NCBI GenBank assembly: GCA_963789135.1 | Contig: CAWBJJ010000002.1 | Location: forward strand, 87,736-151,735 | Origin: an uncultured Acidobacteriota bacterium | GTDB lineage: Bacteria; Actinomycetota; Acidimicrobiia; Spongiisociales; ZC4RG35 | Length of the DNA: 64,000 nt | Direction of reading: 5' to 3' | Shown: piece by piece, positions 1 to 10,858 of the stretch | Numbering within the stretch: the stretch's first letter is position 1 | Layout: every line of letters starts with the position of its first letter | The notes under the pieces: model-generated | Databases searched by the model: none | The model's input: the letters and a program-made list of their open reading frames with translations, nothing else | Told to the model about the DNA's origin: nothing | Made by a program: the position numbers and the translations under genes

Positions 1-80
1 CGAGGGTCGCAATGACCGAGGTTCCGGTCAGCGGATCGGGGGTGCGGACATGAGGTCGGCTGGCTCAAGTTGGTGACCCC

Positions 81-89
81 TGCGATAAT
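81..89 (+). promoter_or_regulatory. candidate extended -10 promoter element (TGcGATAAT) for tRNA-Arg
   Basis: TGCGATAAT at 81-89, ending 11 nt before the tRNA 5' end. It is an AT-rich hexamer in a GC-rich background. No convincing -35 seen. Confidence 0.3.
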
Positions 90-100
90 TGACGATTCCC

Positions 101-174
101 GCGCCCGTAGCTCAATTGGATAGAGCGTCTGACTACGGATCAGGAGGTTGGGTGTTCGAGTCGCCCCGGGCGCG
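101..174 (+). tRNA. tRNA-Arg (anticodon ACG)
   Basis: Hand-folded cloverleaf. Acceptor GCGCCCG/CGGGCGC, D stem GCTC/GAGC, anticodon stem TCTGA/TCAGG with loop CTACGGA (ACG at positions 34-36), T stem GGGTG/CGCCC with loop TTCGAGT. 74 nt; CCA not encoded. Confidence 0.9.
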
Positions 175-239
175 CAGCATCTTTCGATGAACGTTCAGCC
201 GAGCGCGAGTTCAAGCGTCAGGCCAGGCCGGGACACCGC

Positions 240-728
240 ATGAGGGCCCGACCGCCGTGCGCCGTCAACGGGTGTCGAGGCATGCCCCGCGATGGGACCT
301 GGGTGGTTGGCTCCCCGGCCGGCGTTCTGGAAGTCGCTGACCACTTCCAATTGACGGTCAACGATCGCGCAGCATTGGAGACGGCAGTCTTGGACGGGCA
401 TGCCCTGACTGCGGCGCGGACCCTCCCCATCTGCGACCTCCATACCCCAGTCGTCCCCCGGCTCCTTTTCGAGGTGGGCCCTGAATATCGAGGAGAGCCG
501 GAAGCCGACACGGGGGTCCCGCGTTACCTGGGTGGTCACGATGCGGAGAATCAGTCGGAGAGGACCGCGGCCACCTTCTCCGCCGTGCGAAGGGCGTGGA
601 AGAAGACGCGGCCGGGCCCGAGGCGAGTCCGGGTGCTGGGACACCTGGTCATGAGAAGCAGTTACTGGATTCGAGCCGAAGACGCAGATCGCGGGGAGGC
701 CGGAACAGGAGCAGGCGACTTGGTTTGA
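240..728 (+). CDS. hypothetical protein (weakly supported)
   Basis: 162-aa ORF between the tRNA and the arcB 3' end. Third codon positions are visibly G/C-enriched, but an antisense ORF (218..511) shares the same third positions. No recognisable motif. Confidence 0.25.
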   Translation: MRARPPCAVNGCRGMPRDGTWVVGSPAGVLEVADHFQLTVNDRAALETAVLDGHALTAARTLPICDLHTPVVPRLLFEVGPEYRGEPEADTGVPRYLGGHDAENQSERTAATFSAVRRAWKKTRPGPRRVRVLGHLVMRSSYWIRAEDADRGEAGTGAGDLV

Positions 729-730
729 GG

Positions 731-1729
731 TCAGGCCAGGGTTGCCACAAGGATCGCTTTGATGGTGTGCAGCCGGTTCTCGGCTTGCTGGAACACGACG
801 CTCGTCGGAGCCTCGAAGACCTCATTTGTGACCTCGAGGCCATCGGGCATGTTGGTGAGCTCCATGATCTCCCGCCCGACAGTGGTGTTTGTGTCGTGAA
901 ACGCGGGCAGGCAATGCATGAACCGGGTGTTCTTCCCGGCCGCTTTCATCAGCTTGCCGTTCACCTGGTAGGCCTTCAGTTCCTCGACCCGGCTGGTCCA
1001 GACCTCCTTGGCTTCACCCATCGAGACCCACACGTCGGTGTGGATGAAGTCGACCCCCTTCACACCCGCTGCCGGATCGTCGGTCACGGTGATCGTCGCC
1101 CCAGTGCGCTCTGCGATCTCATTCGCCGCATCGAGGACGTCCTTTGGCGGCCCCAACTCCTTGGGGCCCACCAGGCGAAGGTCGGCGCCCATCAGTGCTG
1201 CCATCACCGTGTGGGAGCGGCCCATGTTGAAGCGGAGGTCCCCAACGAAGGCATAGGAGAGCTCGTTGTAGGGCTTGCCGCTGGTCTCGTGCATGGTGAG
1301 GAAGTCGGCGAGCATCTGGGTGGGGTGCCACTCGTCGGTGAGCCCGTTGTAGATGGGGACTCCGGCAAACTCGGCCAGAGCCTCGACATCCGCCTGCTTG
1401 TTGCCCCGGTACTCGATGGCGTCATACATCCGGCCCAGGACCCGCGCCGTGTCGGCGATCGACTCCTTGTGCCCGATCTGGGATCCGGAGGGGGCGAAAT
1501 AGGTGACGTGCGCCCCCTGGTCGTAAGCGGCGACCTCGAAGCCGGCGAGGGTGCGGGTCGAGGTCTTTTCGAAGATGAGGGCGATTTCCTTCCCGGCCAG
1601 ACTCTTGGCCTCGGTTCCCGAGTACTTGGCGGTCTTCAGCGACTCCGAGAGATCGAGGAGATACTTCATCTCGTGAGGCTCGAAGTCGATCTCCTTGAGG
1701 AAGCTCCGGCCTTTCAGGTTGTATGACAT
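731..1729 (-). CDS. arcB: ornithine carbamoyltransferase (catabolic, ADI pathway)
   Basis: 332 aa with the OTCase signatures STRT, HPTQ and HCLPAFHD. Last gene of the arc cluster. Confidence 0.9.
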   Translation of the reverse strand: MSYNLKGRSFLKEIDFEPHEMKYLLDLSESLKTAKYSGTEAKSLAGKEIALIFEKTSTRTLAGFEVAAYDQGAHVTYFAPSGSQIGHKESIADTARVLGRMYDAIEYRGNKQADVEALAEFAGVPIYNGLTDEWHPTQMLADFLTMHETSGKPYNELSYAFVGDLRFNMGRSHTVMAALMGADLRLVGPKELGPPKDVLDAANEIAERTGATITVTDDPAAGVKGVDFIHTDVWVSMGEAKEVWTSRVEELKAYQVNGKLMKAAGKNTRFMHCLPAFHDTNTTVGREIMELTNMPDGLEVTNEVFEAPTSVVFQQAENRLHTIKAILVATLA

Positions 1730-1760
1730 CTCTTGCTCCTTGTCAGCTTCTGTGTTCGAT

Positions 1761-3270
1761 TCATGCCATCAACGCCCCTACGCCGAGCACGATGATGGTG
1801 AGGATGGCCAGCATCAACAGCAACGGCCAAACCCATTTCAGGTAGCGCCCGTAGGGGACCCGGGCAATCGCCAGTCCTCCCATCACCACTGCCGAAGTGG
1901 GGATGAACAGGTTCATCAGACCAGATGCGCTCTGGAAGGCGGTCACCACCAATCGTTCCGGCACCTCGACGAACCCGGCGAGGGGGGCCATGATCGGCAT
2001 CGCCACCGTGGCCAGGCCCGAAGAGGAGGGGATCAGGAACGACAACGGGAGGAAGAAGATGTACATGACGATGGCGAAGGCCGCCTGACCCACATCTGCC
2101 AACGCCGTCTCGGCCCAGTTGAGCACGGTGTCCGTGATCTGCCCGTTGTTCATGATCACTGTTATCCCGCGGGCGATGCCGATGATCAATGCGACCCCGA
2201 GAAGCTCACCGGCGCCGGTGACGAAAGTCGAAGTCAGGTCTCCCTCTGACATCCGGGCGATGAGACCGATGATCACCGAGAACAGGAGGAATGACGCGGT
2301 CATTTCGGGGAACCACCACCACAGGGTGGGGAAGGGGACTCCCAGGTCCGCCCAGGGAATCACCGCATAGATCATGACCACGAAGGCGAGAGCGAACACC
2401 GCCAGGATCGCCTTCTGCTGCCCTGTCATCTCCGTGCTCTGATCGCCCGACTGGTCGGATTTGAAATGCGACTCGTTGTCGCTCTTCATGTCGTAGACGA
2501 GCGAGTGGGATGGGTCGGTCCTCACCTTGGCTGCGTACCGCATGACGAAGAAGATCCCGATCACCAACCCCACGATGAGGATCACGAGGCGCCCGATCAG
2601 GCCGTCGCTGATGGAGATCCCGGCGAACCCCGAGGCGATTCCGGTGGCGAACGGGTTGATCGTGGACCCCAGAGTGCCGATGCCGGCGCCGAGGAGAACT
2701 ACCGCGGCACCGGTCAGGGCGTCGTAGCCGGCGGCGATCAGACACCGTGATCACCAACGCGTAGAAGGCGAGGCTCTCCTCGGCCATGCCGTAGGTGGTG
2801 CCGCCGAGGGCAAACACTCCCATCAGCAACGGGATCATCCACTTCTCCCGACCCCGCATGCGAGCCACCAGCCTCCCGATCCCTGCCTGGATGGCCCCGG
2901 TCTTCATGGTCACCCCGAGGAAGCCCCCGATGACGATTATGAACAACGCCACGTCGATAGCCCCGAACAGGACGCCGCTGTTGTAGTAGTTGATGTTGCC
3001 GGTCTCGTCCTCGATCCCGTACAGGCCGTTGATCGGTGCGGTGAGGGAGTCGACCAGGATGCGCTGCGGGTTGGCTTCCACCTCGTGGTAGGTGCCGGGG
3101 ATCGGCTCGCCCTCCGGGGTGAGGTCATAGGCTCCTGCCGGGACAATCCAGGTGGCGATCGCGGCGAGCACGATCAGGGCGAAGAGGATGGTGTACGCCG
3201 AGGGGAGGGTGAATCCCTTCTTCTTCTCCCCGGTATCCCCTTCAGGCGCCGGTGACGATGCCGTAGTCAT
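1761..3270 (-). pseudogene. YfcC/DcuC-like (C4-dicarboxylate anaerobic carrier family) putative arginine/ornithine transporter, one frameshift
   Basis: ORF 2206..3291 reads well only as far as ...ESLAFYALVITV. The sequence continues in the frame of ORF 1761..2585 as IAAGYDALTGAAVVLLGAGIGTLGSTINPFATGIASGF.... This implies a single 1-nt indel near 2744. The likely start is the ATG at 3270 (MTTASS...). Confidence 0.7.
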
Positions 3271-3271
3271 G

Positions 3272-3415
3272 TCAGTCCTCCCTCGCGCCACTCATCGCCG
3301 ACAGTCCAATTGCCAAAGCCTCGACCGACCTCTCGGCCTCGTCCCCGCGGGCGTAAGCGATGAGAAGGATCACCAGCAGTCCAACGATCACGATCAGTAT
3401 CCAGCGCGTCGGCAC
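3272..3415 (-). CDS. small single-pass membrane protein (47 aa), unannotated frame
   Basis: GTG start at 3415. Translation is VPTRWILIVIVGLLVILLIAYARGDEAERSVEALAIGLSAMSGARED, with one hydrophobic helix. Its TGA lies 1 nt before the ATG of the transporter gene. It sits between arcA and the transporter in an otherwise unexplained 140-nt gap. Confidence 0.35.
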   Translation of the reverse strand: MPTRWILIVIVGLLVILLIAYARGDEAERSVEALAIGLSAMSGARED

Positions 3416-3433
3416 TCACCTGTTTTCCTCCGA

Positions 3434-4696
3434 TCAGATCGGGTCGCGGACCAGCGGACATGTCATGCAATGCCCACCACCACGTCCCTTGCCCAACTCG
3501 AAGCCCTCGATCGTCACCACCTCGACACCGGCCTGGCGCATGGCCTGGATGGTGTGAGTGTTCCGCTCATAGGCGACGACGACTCCTGGTTCCAGGGCGA
3601 CCACGTTGTTCCCGTCGTCCCACTGCTCGCGCTCCTGCTGGTAGCTGTCGCCGCCGGTCTCCACTACCTGGAGCTTGCCGACCCCGAGGGCGTCGCCCAC
3701 GGCCCCCAGAAAGCTGTCTTCTACGGTGACGTGGAAGTCTTTGCCGCCGGACCCGGGGCGAAGGCTGATCGCACGCACGTTGCCCATCACCTTTGGGTAG
3801 AGCGTGACCTTGTCCCTGTCGAGCATGGTGAACACCGTGTCGAGGTGCATATGGGCCCGGTCCTTGGTCATCACCACTGCGATCACCCGCTCGGCTGCCC
3901 CCTTGTCGAACAAGGCCTTGGCTATCTGCTCGATCATCCGAGCCTGAGTCCGCTCACTGAGGCCGATGAGCACCGTGCCATTGCCGATGGGTTGGACGTC
4001 GCCCCCTTCCAGGGAGGATCGGCCGAAGTCAGCGGCCTGGAACTTCCCATCGTCGCCGAGATGGGGGTACCAGTACTCGAAGTCGGCGTCGGCGAACATC
4101 GGGTGGAACCGATAGATGGTGGCGACGTTGTACCCCTCGAGGCGACGCGCCGGCCAGTACATGGGGTTGATCGACACCCCTCCGTAGATCCAGCACGAGG
4201 AGTCCCGGGTGAAGAGGGTGTTTGGGAGCGGGGGAAGGATGAAGGCGCTCGTGTCGTCGAGGGCCGCGCCGCCCAGTGACCATTCCTTCGCCTTGCCCAG
4301 GTCGATCCCCGACTCGGCCACGGTCAGGCCGCCGATCAGGTGCTTCCCCAGCTGATCGGGCTTCATCGCCTCGAGCAGCGAACGCACCTCATCGACCAGC
4401 GAGATCCCCACTGTGTACTCGGAGACAGTGAGCTCGATGAGCCGCTTTCGGCCCTCATCACTGGCGGCCAGCGCCTCGGCGAGGAGTTGCGAGAAGAGGA
4501 AGACTTCGACGCCCCGATCGCGCATCTTGGACACGAACTGGTCGTGCTCGAACTGGGCGCGCTCCACCCACAGGACGTCATCGAAGAGGAGGTCGTCGTG
4601 ATTGGACGGGGTCAACCGCTGCAGGCTGAGGTCCGGGCGATGGACCATGACCTTGTGCAGCTTCCCGACTTCCGAATGGACCCCGAACTCGCTCAT
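3434..4696 (-). CDS. arcA: arginine deiminase
   Basis: 420 aa. N-terminus ...[15 protein letters not shown] and C-terminal GGGHCMTCP (catalytic Cys region) are typical of ArcA. Confidence 0.9.
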   Translation of the reverse strand: MSEFGVHSEVGKLHKVMVHRPDLSLQRLTPSNHDDLLFDDVLWVERAQFEHDQFVSKMRDRGVEVFLFSQLLAEALAASDEGRKRLIELTVSEYTVGISLVDEVRSLLEAMKPDQLGKHLIGGLTVAESGIDLGKAKEWSLGGAALDDTSAFILPPLPNTLFTRDSSCWIYGGVSINPMYWPARRLEGYNVATIYRFHPMFADADFEYWYPHLGDDGKFQAADFGRSSLEGGDVQPIGNGTVLIGLSERTQARMIEQIAKALFDKGAAERVIAVVMTKDRAHMHLDTVFTMLDRDKVTLYPKVMGNVRAISLRPGSGGKDFHVTVEDSFLGAVGDALGVGKLQVVETGGDSYQQEREQWDDGNNVVALEPGVVVAYERNTHTIQAMRQAGVEVVTIEGFELGKGRGGGHCMTCPLVRDPI

Positions 4697-4724
4697 GTCC
4701 CTTTTCGTCCTTTCCGACAGGTGG

Positions 4725-5639
4725 TCATCCCGGCACCACCTGGGTGCCAGCGGTGCCGGCCACTATTTGCTCGATCTCGGCGAGGCCTCCAATAGCTGCT
4801 CGCTTACCGGTCGATTCCACGAATTTGGCGGCGGCATCCACCTTGGGGCCCATCGACCCCGCCGCGAACTCCTGTGCCCGGAGCTCGGCTGCAGTGACAC
4901 GGTCCAGCTTCAGCTGATCGGGTGTGCCCCACCCGGTGTAGACCCCATCCACGTCGGTCACCATGACGAACACGTCGGCCTCGACTTCACGCGCCAACAA
5001 CTCGCTGGCGAGGTCCTTGTCGATCACCGCTTCCACACCCATCAGTCGCCTCTCCGCATCCGGATCGTACATGGTGGGCACTCCGCCGCCGCCGGCGCAG
5101 ATCACCACCACGTCGTGCTCCAGAAGCCAGCGGATGGGCCGGATCTCGAAGATGCGCTTCGGCAGGGGAGAGGGGACGACCCGTCGCCACTTCTCTCCGT
5201 CCTGCTTGAAGTCCCAACCCTTCTCCCCGCGCAGTTGGTCGGCCGTCTGCTGGTCGTAGACCGGGCCCACGAACTTGGTCGGGTTCTGGAAGGCAGGGTC
5301 GGTGCCGTCGACCTCCACCATCGTGAGGATCGTGGCCAGGGGCACCTCCATCGGAAGCAAGTTGCCCAGCTCCTGTTCCAGCATGTAGCCGATCATTCCC
5401 TCGGTCTGCGCTCCCAGGACATCGAGGGGATAGGCCTCCACCTCCTCGTAGGAGGCAGCCTGGAGCGCGAGCAGACCCACCTGGGGGCCGTTTCCGTGGG
5501 TGAGCACCAGTTGGTGCTCGGTGGCCACCGCGGCGAGAGCCGGCGCCGCCTGCTGCACGTTTCCCCTCTGATTGTCGGCCGTCATCGGCTCGCCCCGCTT
5601 GAGGAGAGCGTTCCCACCGAGAGCAACTACGACCCTCAT
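4725..5639 (-). CDS. arcC: carbamate kinase
   Basis: 304 aa starting [17 protein letters not shown], with a carbamate kinase fold signature. First gene of the arc cluster. Confidence 0.9.
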   Translation of the reverse strand: MRVVVALGGNALLKRGEPMTADNQRGNVQQAAPALAAVATEHQLVLTHGNGPQVGLLALQAASYEEVEAYPLDVLGAQTEGMIGYMLEQELGNLLPMEVPLATILTMVEVDGTDPAFQNPTKFVGPVYDQQTADQLRGEKGWDFKQDGEKWRRVVPSPLPKRIFEIRPIRWLLEHDVVVICAGGGGVPTMYDPDAERRLMGVEAVIDKDLASELLAREVEADVFVMVTDVDGVYTGWGTPDQLKLDRVTAAELRAQEFAAGSMGPKVDAAAKFVESTGKRAAIGGLAEIEQIVAGTAGTQVVPG

Positions 5640-5684
5640 CGGACTTGCCCTGGCGTTGGTCTTTTCCCGCTCAAACGAATCCTC

Positions 5685-8426
5685 TCAGGCCGCCAGCGCC
5701 GGGGCGTTGGTCACTTCGTGTTGCGTAGCCGCGGTTCGCCTCCGCAGCACCAGCTTGATGACTTCCTCGATGACCAACAGGGACAGGGCGAAACCGAGGG
5801 CCAGACCCCATTGGGAGAGGGCGAGCTCGGTGGTTCCGACGATGCGCTGCAGCAATCCGATGGTGGTCACCAGGATGATGGCCAGCAGCGACAACCCGTA
5901 GCGCCGGAGCTGGACCCTCCCGGGGATGGCATCGCGGTCGAAGATCGTGTTGTGCTGGTCCCTGGCCATCAGCCCGGCAATCACGTGGTACAGGGAAAGC
6001 GTGGTGAGCAGCATCGTCGAGGCGATCAATGCCCCCTGATCCTCGACCAGCTTGTAGGCGAGGAGGGACCCGATCGTCATCACCAGACCCTGGATGCAGA
6101 GCCGCACCCAATTCCCCGCAGTGAGCACCGGAGCCCCCACAGGCCGCGGCGCCCGCTGCATCAACCCGCCGGTGGGCACGTCGAACCCGAGCGCGATCGC
6201 CAGCGGGATGTCGACGACCATGTTCAGCCACAGGATCTGAAGCGGGTTCAGAGGGACTCCACTGGCGATCCCGAAGAGCCCGGCCCCGATGAAGATGGCG
6301 ATGTAGGCCACCAGGGTCGACATCTGGAAGCGGAGATACTTGAGCAGGTTGTCGTAGAGCGAGCGCCCGTACTCGACCGCATTGACGATGGTGGCGAAGT
6401 TGTCGTCGGTGAGGATCATCACCGCTGCCTCTTTGGACACTTCGGTGCCGGTGATCCCCATGGCCACACCGATGTCGGCTGCCTTCAGCGCCGGGGCGTC
6501 ATTGACCCCGTCCCCGGTCATCGCCACCACGTTGCCGCTCTGCTGGAGCAGCCGGACCAGGCGGATCTTGTCCTCGGGGGCAACTCTGGCGATCACGCCG
6601 ATGTCGTCGAGTTGTGAGAGCAACTCCTCGTCGCTCATGCCCGAGAACTCGGCGCCGGTCATCGCTCGACCCTCGATTCCGAGCTCACCGGCGATCGCGG
6701 CCGCCGTGGTGGCATGGTCCCCGGTGATCATCCGCACCCGGATCCCGGCCTCATGGCACTCGGCGATGGCCGCCTTGGCCTCGGGGCGAGGCGGGTCCAC
6801 GATCCCGACCATGGCAAGCAGGGTGAGATCGGTGACGTCATCGATATGGGCTGCGCTCCGGTCGAAGGTGGCGTGGTCGAAGTCGCGTTGCGCAACCACC
6901 ATCACTCTTTCTCCTGCCGCTGCAAGGCGATCATTGGCGTCCAGCGCGAGGGAGCGATTCTGATCCGTGATCGGGAGCAGGGTCCCGTCCGGGTGGAGGT
7001 AATTGGTCCCCTTGGATATGAGTACGTCAGGGGCACCCTTCACGTAGCAGCGCACGACGCGCCTGCCGTCCCCGCCGGTCATCTCATGGAAGGTGGCCAT
7101 GAACTTGTAGTCTGAGTCGAAGGGGACCTCTGCGATCCGTGGATAGGCGGCTTTAGTGGCGTCCAGATCGAACCCGCCTTTGCCTGCCAGGACGATGAGC
7201 GCCCCTTCGGTCGGATCACCGATCAGGCTTTCCCCGTCGAGCACGGCATCGGCGCAGAGGGCCATGGGCAGGAGATAGGGGTCGAGGTCGAAGTTCTCCC
7301 CTCCGACATGGGTGATGTCCCCGGTCGTCGAATATCCCTCACCGGAGATCTTGTGGACGTTCTGGCCGGGTATCACCAACTCCCGGGAGGTCATCTTGTT
7401 CAGGGTCAGAGTGCCGGTCTTGTCCGAGCAGATCGCGGACGTCGAGCCAAGGGTCTCCACCGCGGGGAGGCGCTTCACGATCGCACCCCGGTTGGCGATC
7501 TCACGGGTCCCGATCGAAAGCAACGCGGTTACAACTGCGGGAAGGCCGGTCGGAATCGCAGCAACTGCCAGCGCCACCCCGGTGATGAACAACGTGTCGA
7601 AGGTCTGTCCCTGAGCCAATCCGAGCAGGATGACGAGGACCAGGGCGACGGCAGCGATGCCGGCGATGATCTTGGACAGCGCGTCGAGTTGCTTCTGGAG
7701 CGGAGTCTTGTCGGTCTCGGTGTTGGCCAGCAGGTCGGCGATGTGCCCGATCTCGGTTTCCATGCCGGTAGCGGTGACCAATATCTCCCCGCGCCCCCGG
7801 GTTACGGAGGTGTTCATGAACGCCATCGAAGTGCGGTCCCCGAGGGCGACTTCGCCGCCGGGCACAGCGCTGGCGCTCTTCCCCACGGGGAGGCTCTCTC
7901 CGGTGAGCGCAGCCTCTTCGATCTCCATCGTTGCCGCGACCACGATCCGTCCATCGGCGGGGACCCGGTTTCCGGCTTCCATGAGCACCATGTCCCCGGG
8001 CACCAAGCTCCTCGGCGGGAATCTCGAGCACGGTGCCGCCGCGTCGGACCCGCGCCACTGTCTTCATCATCGAGGCCAGTGCGGCCACGCTCTCTTCGGC
8101 CTTGGCTTCCTGACGGAGCCCGATCACCGCGTTGAACAGGGTGAGCCCGACCAGGACGACGGTGGTGCCGGTGTCGCCGGTGACCAACTGGTTCACCAGA
8201 CCCGCGGCGAGCAGGATGATCTGCATGAAGTCCTGGTACTGGCGGAGGAAGGCCTGAAACCCGGACTCCTTCTTCTTCTGCGAGAGCTGGTTGTGCCCGT
8301 ACTTCTGCAGCCGGGCCTGTACCTCGCATCGGAGAGGCCGGTGTCGACGTCGACTTCGAGCCGCTTCGCCGCCTCCGCGGCCTCGATTCCATGCCAGTCG
8401 GTGCGTGCTGCGACCTGGGTAGTCAT
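5685..8426 (-). pseudogene. cation-transporting P-type ATPase (P2-like), two frameshifts
   Basis: Carries DKTGTLT, TGDHATTA and MTGDGVNDAPALK motifs. The N-terminus is spread over three frames. MTTQVAARTDWHGIEAAEAAKRLEVDVDTGLSDA shifts near 8325 to EVQARLQKYGHNQLSQKKKESGF...TVARVRRGGTVLEIPAEEL. That shifts near 8003 to VPGDMVLMEAGNRVPADGRI.... Confidence 0.8.
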
Positions 8427-8518
8427 GCCTGCAATACAATCACACCGAAAGTCGGAAGCGTCGCGATCCACGAGCAGCGAGTCCCGTACGCTCATTCCTA
8501 CACTGTCCGAGGAGGCAA

Positions 8519-9033
8519 ATGGACCAGATCGTCCCCCGTTGGGAATGGCGCACGTTCGGCGAGCGAGTTCGGCTCTGCCGAAGAGGTCTTTGCCGCCATG
8601 GAGCCGGTGGGAGAGAGCACCTCCGAGGAGATCTACTTCCACCATGTCAACGGAGCGTCCATCGCCAAGATCCGGGACGGGCTGATGGATCTCAAGGTGC
8701 TCCGCGAGATCGACGCCGAGGGGTTGGAACAGTGGATTCCAGATGCTGAAGGAGGGCTTCCCGCTCGCCCGGGAGCATGTATCGACCGTCCTCGAGGCGA
8801 TGGGCATCGAATCGGCGAATCTGGAGCGCACCGAGCCTACACGCAGGAGCAGCTCATAGACGAGGTGATCGAGCCCCACCCTGAGCTGCGGGCGGTGCCG
8901 GTGACCAAGCATCGGGTCAGATACACCCTCGGGGGCTGCATGGCGGAGCTCAGCGATCTGGTGATCGGACAGCAGCCGATGCGGACCATCGCCGTCGAAT
9001 CAGAGGACCGAGAGGCCGTTCTGAGGGCGGTGC
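8519..9033 (+). pseudogene. CYTH-like (triphosphate tunnel) domain region, multiply frameshifted, possibly fused to the downstream Ppx/GppA
   Basis: GAGGAGG RBS before the ATG at 8519. Protein-like segments appear in alternating frames: MDQIVPRWEWRTFGE / FGSAEEVFAAMEPVGESTSEEIYFHHVNGASIAKIRDGLMDLKVLREIDAEGLEQW / MLKEGFPLAREHVSTVLEAMGIESANLERTE / YTQEQLIDEVIEPHPELRAVPVTKHRVRYTLGGCMAELSDLV...AVESED. Shifts lie near 8565, 8748 and 8835. The CYTH assignment is by resemblance only. Confidence 0.45.
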
Positions 9034-10021
9034 ATGCACCTGGGCCTGGCCGATCATCTGAACCACAACTATCTGCGGGCGATCACCGCCCTTCTCGACG
9101 ATCGGGCGGTCCGATTCGGGGTGATCGACGTCGGCACCAACTCGGTGAAGTTCCACATCGGGGAGCGAGCGGCCGACGGCACCTGGAGGGCAATCGTGGA
9201 TCGGGCCGAGGTCACCCGACTCGGAGAGGGGCAGGTGGGGGACGGGCCGATCCAGGGCCCGGCGATGGAGCGAACCGCCGACCGCCATCGAGGGCATGGT
9301 CTCCGAAGCACGGGAGGAGCGGGTCAAGGTGCTCGCAGCGGTGGCCACCGCGGCCATGCGCGCCGCTTCGAACCGGGATCGAGGTGGTCGAATTGATCCG
9401 AGAGCGGACCGGAGTCGGGATCGTGGTCATCTCCGGCGAGGAGGAGAGCCGGCTCGCCTATCTCGCAGTCAAGGCAGAACTCGGCCTCGAGGCCGGCTCG
9501 CTGGTGGTCTTCGACACCGGGGGCGGCAGCTCACAGTTCACCTTTGGCACCGTGGACAGGTGACGGAGCGCTTTAGCGTCCCGGTGGGGGCGGTGCGTTA
9601 CACGGAGGCCTTCGGGCTGGACGAGGTGGTGTCGGAGGAGATCCTGGGTGAGGCCCGGGCAGCTATCGCCGCCGATCTGAATTCGCTGGACGGTCGAGCT
9701 CATTCGGAGGCCTGGTGGGGATGGGTGGAGGCGATCACCAACCTGACCGCGGTATCCCTGGAGATGGGAAGCTACGACCCGGACCGGATCCAGGGGGCGG
9801 TCCTGGAGCTCGCCGAGGTCGAGCGCCAGATCGAGATGTATCGAACGACGCCCCTGGAGGACCGTCGCTCCATCGTCGGCCTGCAACCGAAGCGGGCCGA
9901 GGTCATCCTGGCGGGAGCGTGCATCGTGGCAACGGTGATGGAGAAGCTGCGGCATGACCGGCTCACCGTGAGTGATCGCGGCCTGCGCCACGGGTTGATC
10001 CGGGAGCGTTTCGACGCCTGA
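9034..10021 (+). pseudogene. Ppx/GppA-family phosphatase (exopolyphosphatase / pppGpp phosphohydrolase), multiply frameshifted
   Basis: RFGVIDVGTNSVKFHIGE is the ASKHA phosphate-1 motif, and VVFDTGGGSSQF is also present. Segments are in different frames with shifts near 9290, 9375 and 9555. The intact C-terminal part runs ...QVTERFSVPVGAVRYTEAFGL... to the stop at 10021. Confidence 0.7.
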
Positions 10022-10075
10022 ACGCGAGCTCGGGCGCGGCGTGGGCCGCGCCCGAATCAAACGCTCACCATGGCC

Positions 10076-10456
10076 TCAGCCGGCGAGCAGCACCTTCTTC
10101 TGGGCGGCGAACTCCTCTTCGGTGAGAACGCCCTTCTCCTTCAAGTCCGCCAGCTTGGCCAGCTCGTCAGCAGCTGACCCGGAACCGGCGACCTCCTGGA
10201 TGTACTGCCGGCTGGCCTTTTCCCGGTTCTTCATGTCTTCCATCGCCCGCTCCTGCATGGAGGAGCCGCGGGCGATCAGGTAGACAAAAGCACCGAGGAA
10301 GGGGAGGACGATTATGAAGAACGTCCAGCCTGCTTTGCCCCATCCCGAGAGGTCCGGGCTCCGGAAGATGTCCGAGAACAGGCTGATAAGGATCCAAATC
10401 CACAGAAAGAACAGGAAAAACCAGAGCATCGACCAGAACACGTCCATCAAAGGCAT
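10076..10456 (-). CDS. PLDc_N (phospholipase-D-nuclease N-terminal) membrane domain + SHOCT domain protein
   Basis: 126 aa. Two TM helices carry the W/F-rich PLDc_N pattern (WGKAGWTFFIIVLPFLGAFVYLIARG). The C-terminus LADLKEKGVLTEEEFAAQKKVLL is a SHOCT motif. Confidence 0.7.
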   Translation of the reverse strand: MPLMDVFWSMLWFFLFFLWIWILISLFSDIFRSPDLSGWGKAGWTFFIIVLPFLGAFVYLIARGSSMQERAMEDMKNREKASRQYIQEVAGSGSAADELAKLADLKEKGVLTEEEFAAQKKVLLAG

Positions 10457-10560
10457 CGTCTATGTCTCCTCATCTATGGCCCGAAGTGGCTTGTGTTCTG
10501 AGAGTAGCCCGACCCGCGCCAGGCAGATTCAGCGGAGTAGCGCCCAGGGTTTGATGGATG

Positions 10561-10848
10561 TCAGCCGGCGAGGATCTTCGCCTTCTGTGCCTCGAACTCG
10601 GCGTCGGTGAGGACTCCGGCCGTCTTGAGATCTCCGAGCTCCTTGAGCTGAGCCAGCTTGTCATCCGTGCTGGGTGCCGCTGGGGGTGCAGCCTGGGTGC
10701 TTGGGCTGCAGCCTCTGTCCTGGTAGGCCTCGGCTTCGGCCTGATCCGACCATTTGTTGGCTTGCCGGCGGGACACCCGATTAGACACTGCGGTCGCCGT
10801 GCCGGCGACCACTGCGGTCCGTGCCATCGTTCTCATCAGTCTTGGCAT
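10561..10848 (-). CDS. SHOCT domain protein
   Basis: 95 aa. The C-terminus LKELGDLKTAGVLTDAEFEAQKAKIL is a SHOCT motif. Confidence 0.6.
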   Translation of the reverse strand: MPRLMRTMARTAVVAGTATAVSNRVSRRQANKWSDQAEAEAYQDRGCSPSTQAAPPAAPSTDDKLAQLKELGDLKTAGVLTDAEFEAQKAKILAG

Positions 10849-10858
10849 GTCGATTCTC

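Noticed and set aside
180-730. Possible integrated element or integrase remnant next to the tRNA-Arg gene.
   Set aside because: No integrase, recombinase or excisionase-like translation in any frame. I found no repeat of the tRNA 3' end. Only a weak hypothetical ORF is present.
3267-3470. ORF-track entry of 67 aa between arcA and the transporter.
   Set aside because: Its translation is Arg/Asp/Gly-rich and it overlaps both neighbours. An alternative frame (3272..3415) gives a clean single-TM peptide, and that one is reported instead at low confidence.
4602-6617. Very long ORFs antisense to well-supported genes. Examples are 4602..6617 (+), 10754..12226 (+), 12401..14668 (+), 19572..20993 (-), 24702..26312 (+), 61863..63233 (-), 3152..4279 (+) and 30209..31270 (+).
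   Set aside because: Their translations are Arg/Gly/Pro/His-rich and low in complexity with no motifs. Each lies opposite a gene with clear family signatures. These are the usual shadow ORFs of GC-rich DNA.
8427-8912. Upstream part of minus-strand ORF 8193..8912 as an extended ATPase N-terminus.
   Set aside because: Only the segment from MTTQVAARTDWHGIE (ATG 8426) resembles P-type ATPase N-termini. The rest is antisense to the CYTH-like gene.
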